Below are positions 9,488 to 21,213 of a DNA stretch of 64,000 bases, piece after piece; the first letter of the stretch is position 1; the number at the start of each line of letters is the position of its first letter. A program made the translations under genes and the position numbers. The notes below the pieces were generated by a model, which saw only the letters and a program-made list of their open reading frames with translations, was not told the origin of the DNA and searched no databases. The stretch covers positions 2,304,001-2,368,000 of the forward strand of contig OY771506.1 of NCBI GenBank assembly GCA_963674705.1, in the 5' to 3' direction. The stretch is from Phycisphaeraceae bacterium (GTDB taxonomy: Bacteria > Planctomycetota > Phycisphaerae > Phycisphaerales > Phycisphaeraceae).

Positions 9488-11719
9488 ATGCTATTCAATC
9501 GCTTCAAGATGAAGACCAAGTTGGTCGCACTGTCACTATTTATCGGCCTCAGCTGTCTGACAGCCGTGGGATTGTTGAGCATCACACAGAGCCGTAAAGC
9601 TTTGCTGCACGCCAATCAGGATGCTTTGACCGGCATCAGAACCGCACGTGAAGAACAGATCGAGTCTTACTTCAACTTCATCCATGAGCAGATGTTCAAC
9701 TTCGCTCAGGATCGGATGATCACTGAAGCCGCGTCCAGGCTTATCGAGGCATTTCATTCCGTGCCCGACCAGGTCGGATTGGATGCGACCGAGGGTAGCG
9801 AGGTCTATCGTTCGGTGATGGGCTATTACACCCAGCAGTTCAAGCCCCGGCTGGAAGATGCGAACCAACCCTGGCGTGGTGACAAAACCTACATCCCTGC
9901 ATCGGCGTCCGGCAGGATCCTTCAATCGTTCTACATCGCCAACAATCCTAATCCCGTGGGAGAGAAACTGAAACTTGATCGTGCCGATGCGGAGTGTGAT
10001 TACAACACCTATCACGCGATCTACCACCCGAAGATCCGTGACTATCTTGAATCGTTTGGCTACTACGACATTTTCCTTTTCGATCTGGAAGGCAATTTGG
10101 TCTACTCGGTCTTCAAGGAGACCGATTACGCGACTAACTTTGTTTCCGGTCCTTACCGCGACACGAACTTTGCGACGGTTTACCGCAGGGCCCGTGACGC
10201 GTCATCGCCCGGTACGGTCGTGATCGAAGACTTCAAGCATTACGAGCCCAGCTACGGTGCTGGAGCCAGCTTCATAGGTTGTCCCGTTTTTTATGAGGGC
10301 AAGAAGATCGGCGTCGCGATATTCCAGATGCCCCTGGATAACATTAACGCAATCATGGGTAGTGGCGCCGGATTAGGCGAGACCGGGCAGACCTACCTGT
10401 TCGGCAGCGACGGTTTACTGCGTTCCAACAGCCGGTTCTGTGAAGAGGGCGAAACCACCATCCTGAATCAACGGACCTGCCAGGCGGCAATCGATTCGGC
10501 AAGTACTGGTGAATCAACGAACATTATCGCGGATGACTACCGGGGGGAGTCTGCGTTGATGTCGGTCAGCCCGCTGCACATAGAGGGTTTGGACTGGTCG
10601 ATTGTGGCTGAGGAGCAATTGTCGGAAGTCTATGCTTCTGCGAATTCTTTGCGCAACGCCATATTGTTCGGGGCCGGGCTGATCGCCCTGGTGGTCACCG
10701 GTATTGGTCTGCTGTTTGCGCGGTCGTTGACTAAACCAATCCAGGCCCTGGTTGATCGCCTAAAAGATATCGCGGAGGGCGAGGGAGACCTGACCCAGCG
10801 CGTTGATCAGGACCGAGCAGATGAATTAGGAGAGTTGGGCAAATGGTTCAATGTCTTTGTTCAGAAGATACATGAGGTAATCAGTGAAGTTAGAGATGCG
10901 GCTCATGAGGTAGCGGGTGCTTCTACGGAAATCGCGGCATCAAGCGAAGAGATGGCGACCGGCATCAGCGAGCAGAACACGCAGCTGATGCAGATCACCG
11001 CCGCGATCGAAGAGATGTCTACTTCCGTCGTGGAAGTGGCACAGAAGAGCGTAGACGCGGCAAACAATGCCAGCGAATCAGGCCGCGTGGCGGAAGAGGG
11101 CGGCAAGGTTGTTGCCGAAACGATCAGTGGTATGAACCAGATCAATGAAGCCGTCAGTGCCAGCGCCGCAAGTGTGTCTGAACTAGGCAAGCGTGGTGAA
11201 CAGATCGGTCAGATCATCAGCGTCATCAACGATATCGCTGACCAGACGAATTTGCTTGCGTTGAATGCGGCGATTGAAGCAGCACGTGCCGGCGAGCACG
11301 GGCGGGGATTTGCGGTGGTGGCGGATGAGGTGCGTAAGTTAGCCGATCGCACAACCAAGGCGACGGAAGAGATCGGCGAATCCATTACCGCCATTCAGTC
11401 GGAGACAAGCCTTGCCGTTGAGCGTATGACCACCGGAACGCAGCAGGTCCGGATTGGGGTTGACAAAGCTACGGTGGCGGGACAACGTCTTGAAGAGATC
11501 GTCACCAAGGCCCAGGATGTGGCCGGGATGATTCAATCCATTGCCGCGGCGGCGGAAGAGCAGTCCGCCGCGAGCGAACAGGTTAGCCAAGGTGTGCAAT
11601 CCGTCAGTGAATCCTCTAGTCAGAGTGCACAAGGCGCCAGCCAGGCGGCTCAAGCAGCCGCGCAATTGTCGGGCAAGGCCGAGCAGTTACAAATGCTCGT
11701 TGAACGTTTTAAGTTGTAA
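9488..11719 (+). CDS. Methyl-accepting chemotaxis protein with dCache-type periplasmic domain and HAMP
   Basis: Two TMs; [17 protein letters not shown]ache-like motif; [41 protein letters not shown] signalling hairpin; GGAGG RBS. Confidence 0.93.
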   Translation: MLFNRFKMKTKLVALSLFIGLSCLTAVGLLSITQSRKALLHANQDALTGIRTAREEQIESYFNFIHEQMFNFAQDRMITEAASRLIEAFHSVPDQVGLDATEGSEVYRSVMGYYTQQFKPRLEDANQPWRGDKTYIPASASGRILQSFYIANNPNPVGEKLKLDRADAECDYNTYHAIYHPKIRDYLESFGYYDIFLFDLEGNLVYSVFKETDYATNFVSGPYRDTNFATVYRRARDASSPGTVVIEDFKHYEPSYGAGASFIGCPVFYEGKKIGVAIFQMPLDNINAIMGSGAGLGETGQTYLFGSDGLLRSNSRFCEEGETTILNQRTCQAAIDSASTGESTNIIADDYRGESALMSVSPLHIEGLDWSIVAEEQLSEVYASANSLRNAILFGAGLIALVVTGIGLLFARSLTKPIQALVDRLKDIAEGEGDLTQRVDQDRADELGELGKWFNVFVQKIHEVISEVRDAAHEVAGASTEIAASSEEMATGISEQNTQLMQITAAIEEMSTSVVEVAQKSVDAANNASESGRVAEEGGKVVAETISGMNQINEAVSASAASVSELGKRGEQIGQIISVINDIADQTNLLALNAAIEAARAGEHGRGFAVVADEVRKLADRTTKATEEIGESITAIQSETSLAVERMTTGTQQVRIGVDKATVAGQRLEEIVTKAQDVAGMIQSIAAAAEEQSAASEQVSQGVQSVSESSSQSAQGASQAAQAAAQLSGKAEQLQMLVERFKL

Positions 11720-12132
11720 GCAATGTCGGGGCATAATGATCCGGTATAACCCGTGTCCGGTGAGCGGGTTGTAATTCAGTAGAACGGTTGGGCTAACCAA
11801 GAGGCGGATACGTAGAAATACTTAACTTTCGCATGTACAAGACATAGCCGTTTCCTCATACATCATCTCTGCTTTGTTCATCTCGATGAATGACCAATTC
11901 GAGCCGGTTTTCAATTTGTGTTGTTGCCAATAAATGCATGTGCTTTCACTACATCCACACCGGCAAACGGACGATACCGCTTTGTGGCAGATCGTCGTTT
12001 GCTGCACTGTGGGATCCGGGGTAGGTCCCGCATGGTCAAGTGAATAAGTAGTAATAAGGTCATTCGCTTGAATGGTCGGCTATCCAATGCACTGCAGGAT
12101 TAAGTGAAGTTTGTAAGCAAAGGTATTTAAAG

Positions 12133-13836
12133 ATGAAGATTGCACAGAAGATGTTGGTTTCTACCCTGATCGCGTTTGTGGGTGCGGGTACGATCGCCGG
12201 GTTCGGTACCTATGGTATGTTGCAGCAGCGGAACAGCTCTGAAAACCTCGTCAATGAGCAGTTTGTTCCACTGGTTAATGTGGATTTAAAACGAATCATT
12301 GACCTGGAACAAAGTATCGCGCTGATCTTGAATGCGGACCGCGATGCTTACCAGGCAGTACTTAGTGAGCAATTGGTGACAGCCGGCGAGCACACGGATG
12401 TATATGATCAGCAGTATGCCGACCATCAGGAGAATATACAGCAGGTCAGTGATCGCCTGGCAAAGGCTTCTGAAGCGTTGCCCGAAGCTGCGAAGCCGGT
12501 ATATGACCGCTTTGTCAAGGAACTCGAGGCCTGGCGGCAGAGTTCCAATAGGGTATTTGAACTTGTGAAGCAACCGGATGGTTTGGCAGAAGCAAGGCGC
12601 CTAAGTGATGGTCAGGCCATGGAAGCCTTCAACACCATGCGCGACACGATCAACGAGCTGACCGAATTTCAGGAAGCAGAGATCGGGAAAACTGTCGAGA
12701 ATATTAACAAGCGACGAGATGATGCGATCGCGGCGGGGCAGGTGGCTTCGTCATTCGCGTCGAAGATCATCGGCCTGTTTTCTACCGTCGCCATATTTGT
12801 CATGGTGACCGCTGTGGTGGCGAACCTTCTCACGACTAAAACGATCCTCAAACCGATCAAGCTTATGGTTGATCGCTTAAAGGACATTGCTGAAGGTGAG
12901 GGCGACCTGACACAGCGTGTCGATGAAGATCGCAAGGACGAGCTTGGTGAACTGGGCAAGTGGTTTAACCTCTTTGTCAAAAAGATTCATGGCGTGATCT
13001 GTGAGGTGCGTGATACGGCCCACGAAGTCGCCGGCGCGTCGACGCAGATCGCTGCTAGCAGTGAAGAGATGGCTCAAGGCATCAGCGAACAGAACCAGCA
13101 GGTGACACAGATCTCCGCAGCGGTAGAAGAGATGTCTACCTCAATCATTGAAGTGGCTCGTAAGAGTAGCGAGGCGGCGAACAATGCCCGTGAATCGGGC
13201 CGCGTAGCGGAAGAGGGCGGGCAGGTCGTTGCGGACACGATCAGTGGTATGAACCAGATCAGTGAAGCGGTCAGCGCCAGCGCTGCGAGCGTGTCCGAAC
13301 TGGGTAAGCGGGGTGAGCAGATCGGTCAGATTATCGATGTGATCAACGACATCGCGGACCAGACAAACCTGCTGGCGTTGAATGCGGCGATCGAAGCGGC
13401 GCGGGCCGGCGAGCACGGCCGAGGTTTTGCGGTCGTCGCCGACGAGGTGCGCAAACTGGCGGACCGCACGACCAAGGCGACCGAAGAGATCGGCGAGTCG
13501 ATCACAGCCATCCAGACGGAAACGGAGCAAGCTGTTCAGCGTATGACAGCGGGTACCGAACAGGTGCAGATCGGTGTAGAGAAGGCGACCCAGGCCGGGC
13601 AGAGCCTGGAGCAGATCGTATCCGGCGCTCAAGAGGTGGCGACAATGATCCAGTCGATCGCCGCCGCTGCGGAAGAGCAGTCATCAGCGAGTGAAGAAGT
13701 CAGTAAAGGTGTGCAGGCGGTGAGCGCTGTGACAAGTCAGAGTGCCGAAGGTGCCAACCAATCAGCTCGTGCAGCATCACAGCTTTCGGGGAAAGCTGAG
13801 CAACTGCAGGCATTGGTGGGGCGGTTCAGACTCTAG
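12133..13836 (+). CDS. Methyl-accepting chemotaxis protein with helical (4HB-like) sensor and HAMP
   Basis: Two TMs, an all-helical periplasmic region, HAMP and the MCP signalling motif. Confidence 0.93.
   Translation: MKIAQKMLVSTLIAFVGAGTIAGFGTYGMLQQRNSSENLVNEQFVPLVNVDLKRIIDLEQSIALILNADRDAYQAVLSEQLVTAGEHTDVYDQQYADHQENIQQVSDRLAKASEALPEAAKPVYDRFVKELEAWRQSSNRVFELVKQPDGLAEARRLSDGQAMEAFNTMRDTINELTEFQEAEIGKTVENINKRRDDAIAAGQVASSFASKIIGLFSTVAIFVMVTAVVANLLTTKTILKPIKLMVDRLKDIAEGEGDLTQRVDEDRKDELGELGKWFNLFVKKIHGVICEVRDTAHEVAGASTQIAASSEEMAQGISEQNQQVTQISAAVEEMSTSIIEVARKSSEAANNARESGRVAEEGGQVVADTISGMNQISEAVSASAASVSELGKRGEQIGQIIDVINDIADQTNLLALNAAIEAARAGEHGRGFAVVADEVRKLADRTTKATEEIGESITAIQTETEQAVQRMTAGTEQVQIGVEKATQAGQSLEQIVSGAQEVATMIQSIAAAAEEQSSASEEVSKGVQAVSAVTSQSAEGANQSARAASQLSGKAEQLQALVGRFRL
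12880..13680 (+). repeat. ~800-bp direct repeat, copy 1 (second copy at 15730-16530)
   Basis: Near-identical DNA at an offset of 2850 bp; the encoded protein is identical from KDIAEGEG to AAAAEEQ. Confidence 0.95.
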
Positions 13837-14249
13837 AACGATATTAACTCATGGCGTCGTGGTGCCTGTGAGTATTCTGGCATAGCACGACTCTGCGAAG
13901 ATCATGCTTTCCGGCTGCCCACCTCGTGGCCGGTGTGTTGTACCGATAAATGTTTGATGTCTGTTAACCACGTTTATTCAGATTAACCCGGAAACGACAT
14001 AGACGGTATGAACTCACAACGTTTGGTATTGCAGCAGGTATTGTCCTGTATTTGTCTGAATACTACGTCGATGAATATATAGGCAACTACCCCAGTTCGT
14101 TTGTGTGGGGTGAAAAACAACGTGATGTTTTGGTAATGAAACAAGTCAGAGTAACCCGTAGTTGATGTGGATCAGCGTCGATCCCAACGGGTGTACAGGC
14201 CATTGACCTCGTCGGTCTGGCCCCGAGCTACTTGCTGTGGAGATTGCAC

Positions 14250-14873
14250 ATGAAACGTATGAATGTCAAGAAAATGTGGATGGCCGTGCTCGCCTCGGCG
14301 ATGATGCTTATGTCCGCGACCAGTGCTTCAGCGGATGAGGCCAAGATCAAAGAGGCTCTGTTGAGTGGTATTGATGGCAACGAACTGTTGAGTGACACGG
14401 CAAAAACATTCGTCAAGGAACAACTGCTTCCGCAGTGTACAAACAAGGTATTTATTGCCGAGACCGAAGCTCAGAACAAAAAGGATGAGTCGTTAGACAC
14501 GATCAAGAAGATCGATGCCGAGTGGCAGGCGGCGGAAGAACCGCTGGAAATCCAAGAAGAGAAGCTGAGTAATACCACTGCCCAGGAGATCAAGAAGATT
14601 GTTGCCAAGCAACAGATCATCGTTGAATCTTTCGTGATGGACAACAAGGGGGCGGTTGTCGGCGAAAACCTGCTTACCAGTGATTACTGGCAGGGTGACG
14701 AGGCCAAGTGGAGCAATTCCTACGCGGACGGCAAGGGCGGTGTTGATGTCGGCAAGCCCAAATTCGACAAGTCCGCCAATGCAAACCTTCAGCAGGTTTC
14801 GTTGCCCATCATCAATGCTGATGGCAAGGTGATCGGCGCGGTGACTTACGGCCTGAACATCGACAAACTCTAA
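14250..14873 (+). CDS. Stand-alone secreted/periplasmic PDC(Cache)-like sensor protein
   Basis: Signal peptide ending ASA-D; ESFVMDNKGAVVG, TSDYWQGDEAKW and QVSLPI..GKVIGAVTYG Cache-like features; no second TM; GGAG RBS. Confidence 0.75.
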   Translation: MKRMNVKKMWMAVLASAMMLMSATSASADEAKIKEALLSGIDGNELLSDTAKTFVKEQLLPQCTNKVFIAETEAQNKKDESLDTIKKIDAEWQAAEEPLEIQEEKLSNTTAQEIKKIVAKQQIIVESFVMDNKGAVVGENLLTSDYWQGDEAKWSNSYADGKGGVDVGKPKFDKSANANLQQVSLPIINADGKVIGAVTYGLNIDKL

Positions 14874-14884
14874 ATGTTTATTCC

Positions 14885-14916
14885 AGAGCGACGCGGTTGA
14901 CACCGCGTCGCTTTAT
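14885..14916 (+). terminator. Strong hairpin (terminator or attenuator) between the sensor gene and the third MCP
   Basis: AGAGCGACGCGGT-TGAC-ACCGCGTCGCTTT. Confidence 0.65.
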
Positions 14917-14973
14917 TGACCCTGATAGATATCGATCCACGACATCTTATCCAGAAAGTTAGAGGCTTCAGCC

Positions 14974-16686
14974 ATGCGCGTGATGACAAAGATCGGACTA
15001 TTGGTAGCGGCTCCTCTGCTGAGTCTTACGATAGTGGGAGGTCTGGGGTGGTACGAGATCGATAAGCTGAATGACGGCAGCAAAGAACTGGTTCATGAGC
15101 AATTTCTACCGTTAGTTAATGAAGATGTCGCTCATCTGACTGAAGACCTGCAATCCAGTATTGCTCAGATCACCGAAGCCAGTCGAGAGACATTCAGGGT
15201 GGTCGTTGCGGAAAAGATGAGCCTTGTTGCCAGTAGTGATGAAGAGTTCAAGGCCGCGGGTGCGATCCACGATCAGGGGATCAGCCGGGCGCGTGAATTA
15301 TTGGCAGAGGCTAAACATGCATTTGAGACCGAAGAGACCAAGCAACTGTACGCCACACTGATGGAGCAGATTGATTTATGGGAGGAGAAGTCGCAGAAGG
15401 TTGTAACCGGCGCGATGGATCCCGCTCGCGTGACGTTCAGCCGACGGATGAGTAACGGCGGGTCAGCCGAAAAAACATTCCAGGCAATGCAGGAAACACT
15501 GGCCGCTCTGGAGCAGGCCCAGAAGGCGCAAACCCAACAGTTGCTGGCAAAAGTTAACAGCAAAAAAGAAACAGTTGAGAACCAGGCGATTGAGGCTGAA
15601 CAACAGGCCAAACAGTTGATCGCATTCTTTGCCGGTGTGGTTGTTATTTCGTTCGTGGTTACGATTCTTTTAGCCGGTTGGATCGGCCGTGCGCTGGTCC
15701 GCTCCATCAACGCGCTGGTTGTCAGTCTTAAGGACATTGCTGAAGGTGAGGGCGACCTGACACAGCGTGTCGATGAAGATCGCAAGGACGAGCTTGGTGA
15801 ACTGGGCAAGTGGTTTAACCTCTTTGTCAAAAAGATTCATGGCGTGATCTGTGAGGTGCGTGATACGGCCCACGAAGTCGCCGGCGCGTCGACGCAGATC
15901 GCTGCTAGCAGTGAAGAGATGGCGCAGGGCATCAGTGAACAGAATCAACAGGTGACGCAGATCTCCGCAGCGGTAGAAGAGATGTCTACCTCAATCATTG
16001 AAGTGGCTCGTAAGAGTAGCGAGGCGGCGAACAATGCTCGTGAATCGGGCCGCGTAGCGGAAGAGGGCGGGCAGGTCGTTGCGGACACGATCAGTGGTAT
16101 GAACCAGATCAGTGAAGCGGTCAGCGCCAGCGCTGCGAGCGTGTCCGAACTGGGTAAGCGGGGTGAGCAGATCGGTCAGATTATCGATGTGATCAACGAC
16201 ATCGCGGACCAGACAAACCTGCTGGCGTTGAATGCGGCGATCGAAGCGGCGCGGGCCGGCGAGCACGGCCGAGGTTTCGCGGTGGTCGCCGACGAGGTGC
16301 GCAAACTGGCGGACCGTACGACCAAAGCGACGGAGGAGATCGGCGAATCGATCACCGCCATCCAGACGGAAACGGAACAAGCTGTTCAGCGTATGACCGC
16401 CGGGACGGAGCAGGTGCAGATCGGTGTAGAGAAGGCGACCCAGGCCGGGCAGAGCCTGGAGCAGATCGTATCCGGCGCTCAAGAGGTGGCGACGATGATC
16501 CAGTCGATCGCCGCCGCTGCGGAAGAGCAGACGGTTGCCGGCGAAGAGGTGAGTCGTGGTATTCAGCAGGTGAGTGCGGTGACCAACCAGAGCGCCGAAG
16601 GCGCCAGCCAGTCGTCGCAGGCGGCGAACCAGCTATCGGCCAAGGCCGAGCAATTGCAGCTTCTGGTGGGGCGGTTCAAGCTGTAG
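14974..16686 (+). CDS. Methyl-accepting chemotaxis protein with helical sensor and HAMP
   Basis: Two TMs, HAMP and the MCP signalling motif; paralogue of 12133-13836. Confidence 0.93.
   Translation: MRVMTKIGLLVAAPLLSLTIVGGLGWYEIDKLNDGSKELVHEQFLPLVNEDVAHLTEDLQSSIAQITEASRETFRVVVAEKMSLVASSDEEFKAAGAIHDQGISRARELLAEAKHAFETEETKQLYATLMEQIDLWEEKSQKVVTGAMDPARVTFSRRMSNGGSAEKTFQAMQETLAALEQAQKAQTQQLLAKVNSKKETVENQAIEAEQQAKQLIAFFAGVVVISFVVTILLAGWIGRALVRSINALVVSLKDIAEGEGDLTQRVDEDRKDELGELGKWFNLFVKKIHGVICEVRDTAHEVAGASTQIAASSEEMAQGISEQNQQVTQISAAVEEMSTSIIEVARKSSEAANNARESGRVAEEGGQVVADTISGMNQISEAVSASAASVSELGKRGEQIGQIIDVINDIADQTNLLALNAAIEAARAGEHGRGFAVVADEVRKLADRTTKATEEIGESITAIQTETEQAVQRMTAGTEQVQIGVEKATQAGQSLEQIVSGAQEVATMIQSIAAAAEEQTVAGEEVSRGIQQVSAVTNQSAEGASQSSQAANQLSAKAEQLQLLVGRFKL
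15730..16530 (+). repeat. ~800-bp direct repeat, copy 2
   Basis: Matches 12880-13680, with only synonymous differences that I could see. Confidence 0.95.
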
Positions 16687-16691
16687 AACTC

Positions 16692-18035
16692 TCAACCCGA
16701 ACTGGGCAACTTGATGTTGACTTGCGCGGTTGATCGCGGTTTATCGGATGCGGATTGTCTGCCCGTCTTCCCGTGTCGGATGCGGAAGTGCCCCGTGTAA
16801 TGCCATTTTTCCAGCGACGGGTACGGCACCGTTAGCAGGAACATCAGCACAAACATCGTGATTGCCGGTACCAATGAGATCGGCGTCAAGCGCATTGATA
16901 GCAACGCTTCGGTGATAGCTATTACCGTTATCAATATCAGGATCGGTGCGATAAAGACCCGGTCGTATCCCGGGATAATCCACCGGCCTGTCGCGATCCG
17001 ACCCCGCAGGCTGATGGGGGGGTGGGTATTCTTGGTGTACCGCCCCAACTTCGCAAAAGCGCAAGCGAGGGCCCCGAACAGCACAATAAAGCGATACATC
17101 CAAAGCAACGCTTCGGGTTTCATACCTTCGTTTTGCTCATGAGCGATAAAGTCCGTAAAGCTTAGTTGGCTGTCTCCGATATCCAATAGAAAGTTTGATT
17201 CAACCGTATGCAAAATGGCAAATGTCCACCAAGCCATGATAGCGCTGGCGGCTAACGAACTCACAACAGTTATATGTTTGTTATTGCCAACCGCCGGACC
17301 CACTTCGCGGTACGGCCAGCCGAGAATCCCGGTGTTGATGATGTCTTTGAGCATCCGTTGCCGTGGACTTTCAGTCCATTCGGGTCGATTCCACGGGAAG
17401 TTGCCGAGTGTGCGTTGCAATCCGAGTAATACCAAGCCATAAATAACAACAAGCACCCCAAACCCGATCCACACGTTATGGTGTGGGTAAGCGGTCAGGG
17501 GGACCAATGCCAGCACAAACCACATAACCACCTCATCGTCACTGATCATAAAAATGAGGCTGATGACGTAGACCACAAAGTAAACCATGCCCAATGCGAT
17601 TGCAGCCTGCCACGGTATAACATCTTCGAAGATTGATTTTGAGTTGGTGCCGATCTGGTGACATAACCAGAAACCCAAAGCCGCAATCCCGCCACTGATC
17701 AATACAAAGATCAAGTCATTCCACTTCAAATGAATACTACCAAGCGGTAACGGCTTGCCATACGACCATGGCGTATACGCCAGCCATTCCCGATACCGCT
17801 TGTTTGCGTAAGGATGCCGCCCTGCGCCCCGACCAATCGCGACGATGACAGCCACGAGAAACGGCAACAGAGCGAGAGTGAGGGAGATCGCTAATGTGGC
17901 CAGCTTCAGCGTAAGTTTGAGTATCGGCAAGCCTATCAGGTATGCCATTCCAATCATGATTAGTACGAATGGGAGGACACCGGCGATCACGACCCATGGA
18001 CGCAAAATTGGTTGTGTTTTGTCCTGAGTATTCAC
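16692..18035 (-). CDS. Polytopic membrane protein, probable ABC permease partner
   Basis: Roughly 10 hydrophobic segments; its start codon overlaps the stop of the upstream ABC ATPase. Confidence 0.7.
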   Translation of the reverse strand: MNTQDKTQPILRPWVVIAGVLPFVLIMIGMAYLIGLPILKLTLKLATLAISLTLALLPFLVAVIVAIGRGAGRHPYANKRYREWLAYTPWSYGKPLPLGSIHLKWNDLIFVLISGGIAALGFWLCHQIGTNSKSIFEDVIPWQAAIALGMVYFVVYVISLIFMISDDEVVMWFVLALVPLTAYPHHNVWIGFGVLVVIYGLVLLGLQRTLGNFPWNRPEWTESPRQRMLKDIINTGILGWPYREVGPAVGNNKHITVVSSLAASAIMAWWTFAILHTVESNFLLDIGDSQLSFTDFIAHEQNEGMKPEALLWMYRFIVLFGALACAFAKLGRYTKNTHPPISLRGRIATGRWIIPGYDRVFIAPILILITVIAITEALLSMRLTPISLVPAITMFVLMFLLTVPYPSLEKWHYTGHFRIRHGKTGRQSASDKPRSTAQVNIKLPSSG

Positions 18036-18811
18036 TACTGACTCACAGTCTGGAAGTATTTTTCCAGGTTCTTTTTGCCCTCAGGATGCAACAACTGCTC
18101 CAGGGCTTCGCTCAGCGTGTCAGTGTTGGTCTGTTGTTGAAGGATGTCCGGGGTATTGCAGTCAAGAATCTGGCCGTCCTTGATAATTGCGACACGGTCG
18201 GCCAATCCTTCCACCAACTCCGGGACGGGTACGGCCATCACGACCGTGACATCATCACGGTCAGCCAGGTATTTGAGTACCTGCTGAAGTGCGAGCAGGC
18301 CCGAAGAATCCAAGCCCCCTGAGAACGGCTCGTCAAGGATCATGATCGGTGCATCCGTGATGAGCGCGGAGCAGAGCCCAATTTTTTTCTGTTGGCCCGT
18401 GGAGTAGCTGCTGATTGCTCGGTCGCCTTTTTCCGCAAGGTCGAACAGGTCCAGTAGTTTCTGTGCATGGTCGAACAGTCGATCTTCATCGACGCCGTAT
18501 AACCTGCCGACACCGAGGATGAACTCCCTGCCTGTGTTGCTCGTCGGCAGCCATGGTGTATCGGGCAGGTAAACAACCTGTTCGCGGATATTTTTTTCGT
18601 TATCGATCGAGCTGCGTCGACGTAGGCCGTTGATCTCGACATAACCTTTGATCGGCGCGAGGATGCCCGCGATGACGCCCAGCAATGTGCTCTTACCCAT
18701 GCCGTTAGGCCCCATCACGCAGAGCAGTTCTCCCGAATCAACCGTAAGATTGATATCGCGCAGTGTCGGGCGGATGCCGTAGTGATGCCAGATATTTGAG
18801 AGCGTAATCAT
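18035..18811 (-). CDS. ABC transporter ATP-binding protein
   Basis: Walker A GPNGMGKST, signature YSTGQ, Walker B ILDEP. Confidence 0.9.
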   Translation of the reverse strand: MITLSNIWHHYGIRPTLRDINLTVDSGELLCVMGPNGMGKSTLLGVIAGILAPIKGYVEINGLRRRSSIDNEKNIREQVVYLPDTPWLPTSNTGREFILGVGRLYGVDEDRLFDHAQKLLDLFDLAEKGDRAISSYSTGQQKKIGLCSALITDAPIMILDEPFSGGLDSSGLLALQQVLKYLADRDDVTVVMAVPVPELVEGLADRVAIIKDGQILDCNTPDILQQQTNTDTLSEALEQLLHPEGKKNLEKYFQTVSQ

Positions 18812-18939
18812 CCCGGTCCCCGTCAGGTGTTTATTGTGGGTGGACCCTGTCTGCTTTTCATCAATTGTACTGGATTACCCCATCGTAGAAACGCAACCAC
18901 AGGGCATATTGGTCGCAGTATTGGGAAGGGTTTACCAGT

Positions 18940-20370
18940 TCAATCTTCCGGTTTTTCTCCGGCCGGCGCCATCTTGACCAGTTTGGGATCGAATCGGGCG
19001 ATCGGTTCGACCAGGTCCTGCTGCCATGACATGACCTCGTCGATATTTTTGTAGACAACCGGGGCCTCGTCGATGCCTGCGCTGAGTAGTGTTACGCCTG
19101 CCTTTTCAAGCATCGGGCGGATGCTGTGCCAGCGATAGGTGTTGCGGGCCTTGGTCCGGGACATGACACGACCCGCTCCGTGTGCGGCCGAATTCATCGC
19201 GTCGGCCGAACCCTTGCCGCGCACGACATAACACGCGCTGGCCATCGAGCCGGGGATGATGCCTAGCACGTCTTTGCCTGCGGGGGTTGCGCCTTTACGG
19301 TGAACGATGACTTGTTTAAGTTCGCCATCCACTTCGTGTTTTTCCTGCCACGCGAAGTTGTGGTGGTTTTCAATGGTCGTGATAGCTCGGGCGCCGAGGC
19401 GTTTTACGATTGCGTTGTGAATGCAAGCATGGTTGGCCGAGGCATATCGACCCATCAGTTGCATGGCCTGCCAGTATTCCTGCCCTTCGTGGCTGTCCAT
19501 ATCGAGCCAGGCCAGGTGGCGTGTTTCCTTGTTCAATTCCGGGTGCAGCGTCATGGCGATCTGCGAGTAGTGGCTGCATACCGCGGCGCCCGTGCCCCGG
19601 CTGCCGGAGTGTGACAGGATTGCCAGGTATTCTCGTTCAGCTTCCAGCCCTAACTCACCGGCATCATCGCCCGGCTTGAACACGCCGAATTCCACGAAGT
19701 GATTGCCTGATCCGCTGGTGCCGAGCTGGGTAGCTGCCTTTTCACGGTTGTTTTTCGTGATGGGAGATACACCCCAGTCCTCATCCATCACCTCGTGTTC
19801 TCGCAACCGGCCTTTGAATTCGGCGCCGATCCCGAAGCGTGTTTCTTCTTCCAACGACTTGATTAAACGGTCCCTGTGTGATTCGAGCGACTTGGCGGGC
19901 ATGTCGAGGACGGTGAGTTTAACTCGGCAGGCGATATCCACGCCAACCGCGTAGGGGATGACCGCGTTGTGAGTAGCCAGCACGCCGCCGATCGGCAGGC
20001 CGTAGCCGACGTGTGCATCGGGCATCAATGCGCCTCGGGCCGCGACATTAAGATGGCAAGCGGCATGCATCTGCTCGACGCTCTTGGTGTCCAGATCATC
20101 TCCCCATTGTTTGTAGGGGGCGGGCTTTTCACGCGGAACGTAGCTGGCTTTAGCAGCAGCTTCGACTTTCTGATGCAATGCAATCTGCGCAGCTAACTCG
20201 CCAAAGTGTTCGTCGTCTCGATACTTGTCAGGATTTTGCCCGATATCACGCAGCGTCTGTTGAGCGACTTCACGGTCAACCCCCGCTTTACGCGCAGCCT
20301 GGGCGGTCCACTTGGCCATCTGGGCCAACTGCTTGGGGATACCGAGCTGTTCCAGTTGCCTAGCTTTCAT
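18940..20370 (-). CDS. rtcB: RtcB family RNA 3'-phosphate/5'-OH ligase
   Basis: MPDAH, GVDIAC, GNHFVE, HSGSRG, HHNFA, HRKGAT, PGSM and HGAGR motifs. Confidence 0.93.
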   Translation of the reverse strand: MKARQLEQLGIPKQLAQMAKWTAQAARKAGVDREVAQQTLRDIGQNPDKYRDDEHFGELAAQIALHQKVEAAAKASYVPREKPAPYKQWGDDLDTKSVEQMHAACHLNVAARGALMPDAHVGYGLPIGGVLATHNAVIPYAVGVDIACRVKLTVLDMPAKSLESHRDRLIKSLEEETRFGIGAEFKGRLREHEVMDEDWGVSPITKNNREKAATQLGTSGSGNHFVEFGVFKPGDDAGELGLEAEREYLAILSHSGSRGTGAAVCSHYSQIAMTLHPELNKETRHLAWLDMDSHEGQEYWQAMQLMGRYASANHACIHNAIVKRLGARAITTIENHHNFAWQEKHEVDGELKQVIVHRKGATPAGKDVLGIIPGSMASACYVVRGKGSADAMNSAAHGAGRVMSRTKARNTYRWHSIRPMLEKAGVTLLSAGIDEAPVVYKNIDEVMSWQQDLVEPIARFDPKLVKMAPAGEKPED

Positions 20371-20413
20371 ATGAGTATTCTAGATAAAGATCAGAGATGT
20401 GCCGATTGATTGC

Positions 20414-21016
20414 TCACATTATTTTGCCATGAAGCGATCGTTGTTCCGCGACAGACCGGACAAGCTGATACTGACTGATGGGTTCGCCACACTCCGGACA
20501 ACTTGTCCCGCGTGCTTTGAGTGTGCCGATCAGGTTATAGCCGCAGTTTCGGCAATCAGTGTATGGGGCTTCCGGGGCATTCCCGCGGTTCTCCAGATAG
20601 TAGTGAAGAAGAAAGTGGATGATTGGGAACAACAGGATGCCCAGGATGGCAAGTGCCTGAAACCACGGATGCTCATCATGATAATTCAGCAGCATTCGTA
20701 TCGTTTCAAGCATCTGAATTACCAGGATTGTTAACAATACAAGCCAACGGCGCGAATCAACACGAAGTAGTGCAACCACTTCGAAGGCGATCAACATATA
20801 GGCTAAGAATCCCCAAAGCTGAAAGATGCCGGCTACAGCTATAAAGAACCAGATAAAGAAGATCAACCACGACAATCCAATACTGTCCTGGTCCACGATC
20901 AATCCGCCCAGCACACACCCCAGTGTCAGGCTTAAGATAAGCCCGGCCACGAGCGAGATCGCCAAGCCGACGCCGTCCATGCAATAGCCAAGTAATGTGT
21001 GATGGTACCCGGGCAT
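20414..21016 (-). CDS. Membrane protein with C-terminal zinc ribbon
   Basis: 4-5 TM segments followed by CRNCGYNLIG...CPECG. Confidence 0.65.
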   Translation of the reverse strand: MPGYHHTLLGYCMDGVGLAISLVAGLILSLTLGCVLGGLIVDQDSIGLSWLIFFIWFFIAVAGIFQLWGFLAYMLIAFEVVALLRVDSRRWLVLLTILVIQMLETIRMLLNYHDEHPWFQALAILGILLFPIIHFLLHYYLENRGNAPEAPYTDCRNCGYNLIGTLKARGTSCPECGEPISQYQLVRSVAEQRSLHGKIM

Positions 21017-21145
21017 AAATATAGTTTATCAGGAGGAGGCAACCATAGGCGATAATATTATTTGTAGTCTTCCCTGAAACGTGAATATGAATCGAATACC
21101 CGGATTTTCATCCTCAAAATCCGTACTGGTTGCTACACTTCTGAC

Positions 21146-21213
<68 letters not shown>

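Noticed and set aside
9293..13949. Sigma28-like -10 elements (GCCGATAT at 9293, ACCGATAA at 13942) upstream of chemotaxis genes
   Set aside because: No convincing TAAA -35 at the expected spacing; plausible but unsupported.
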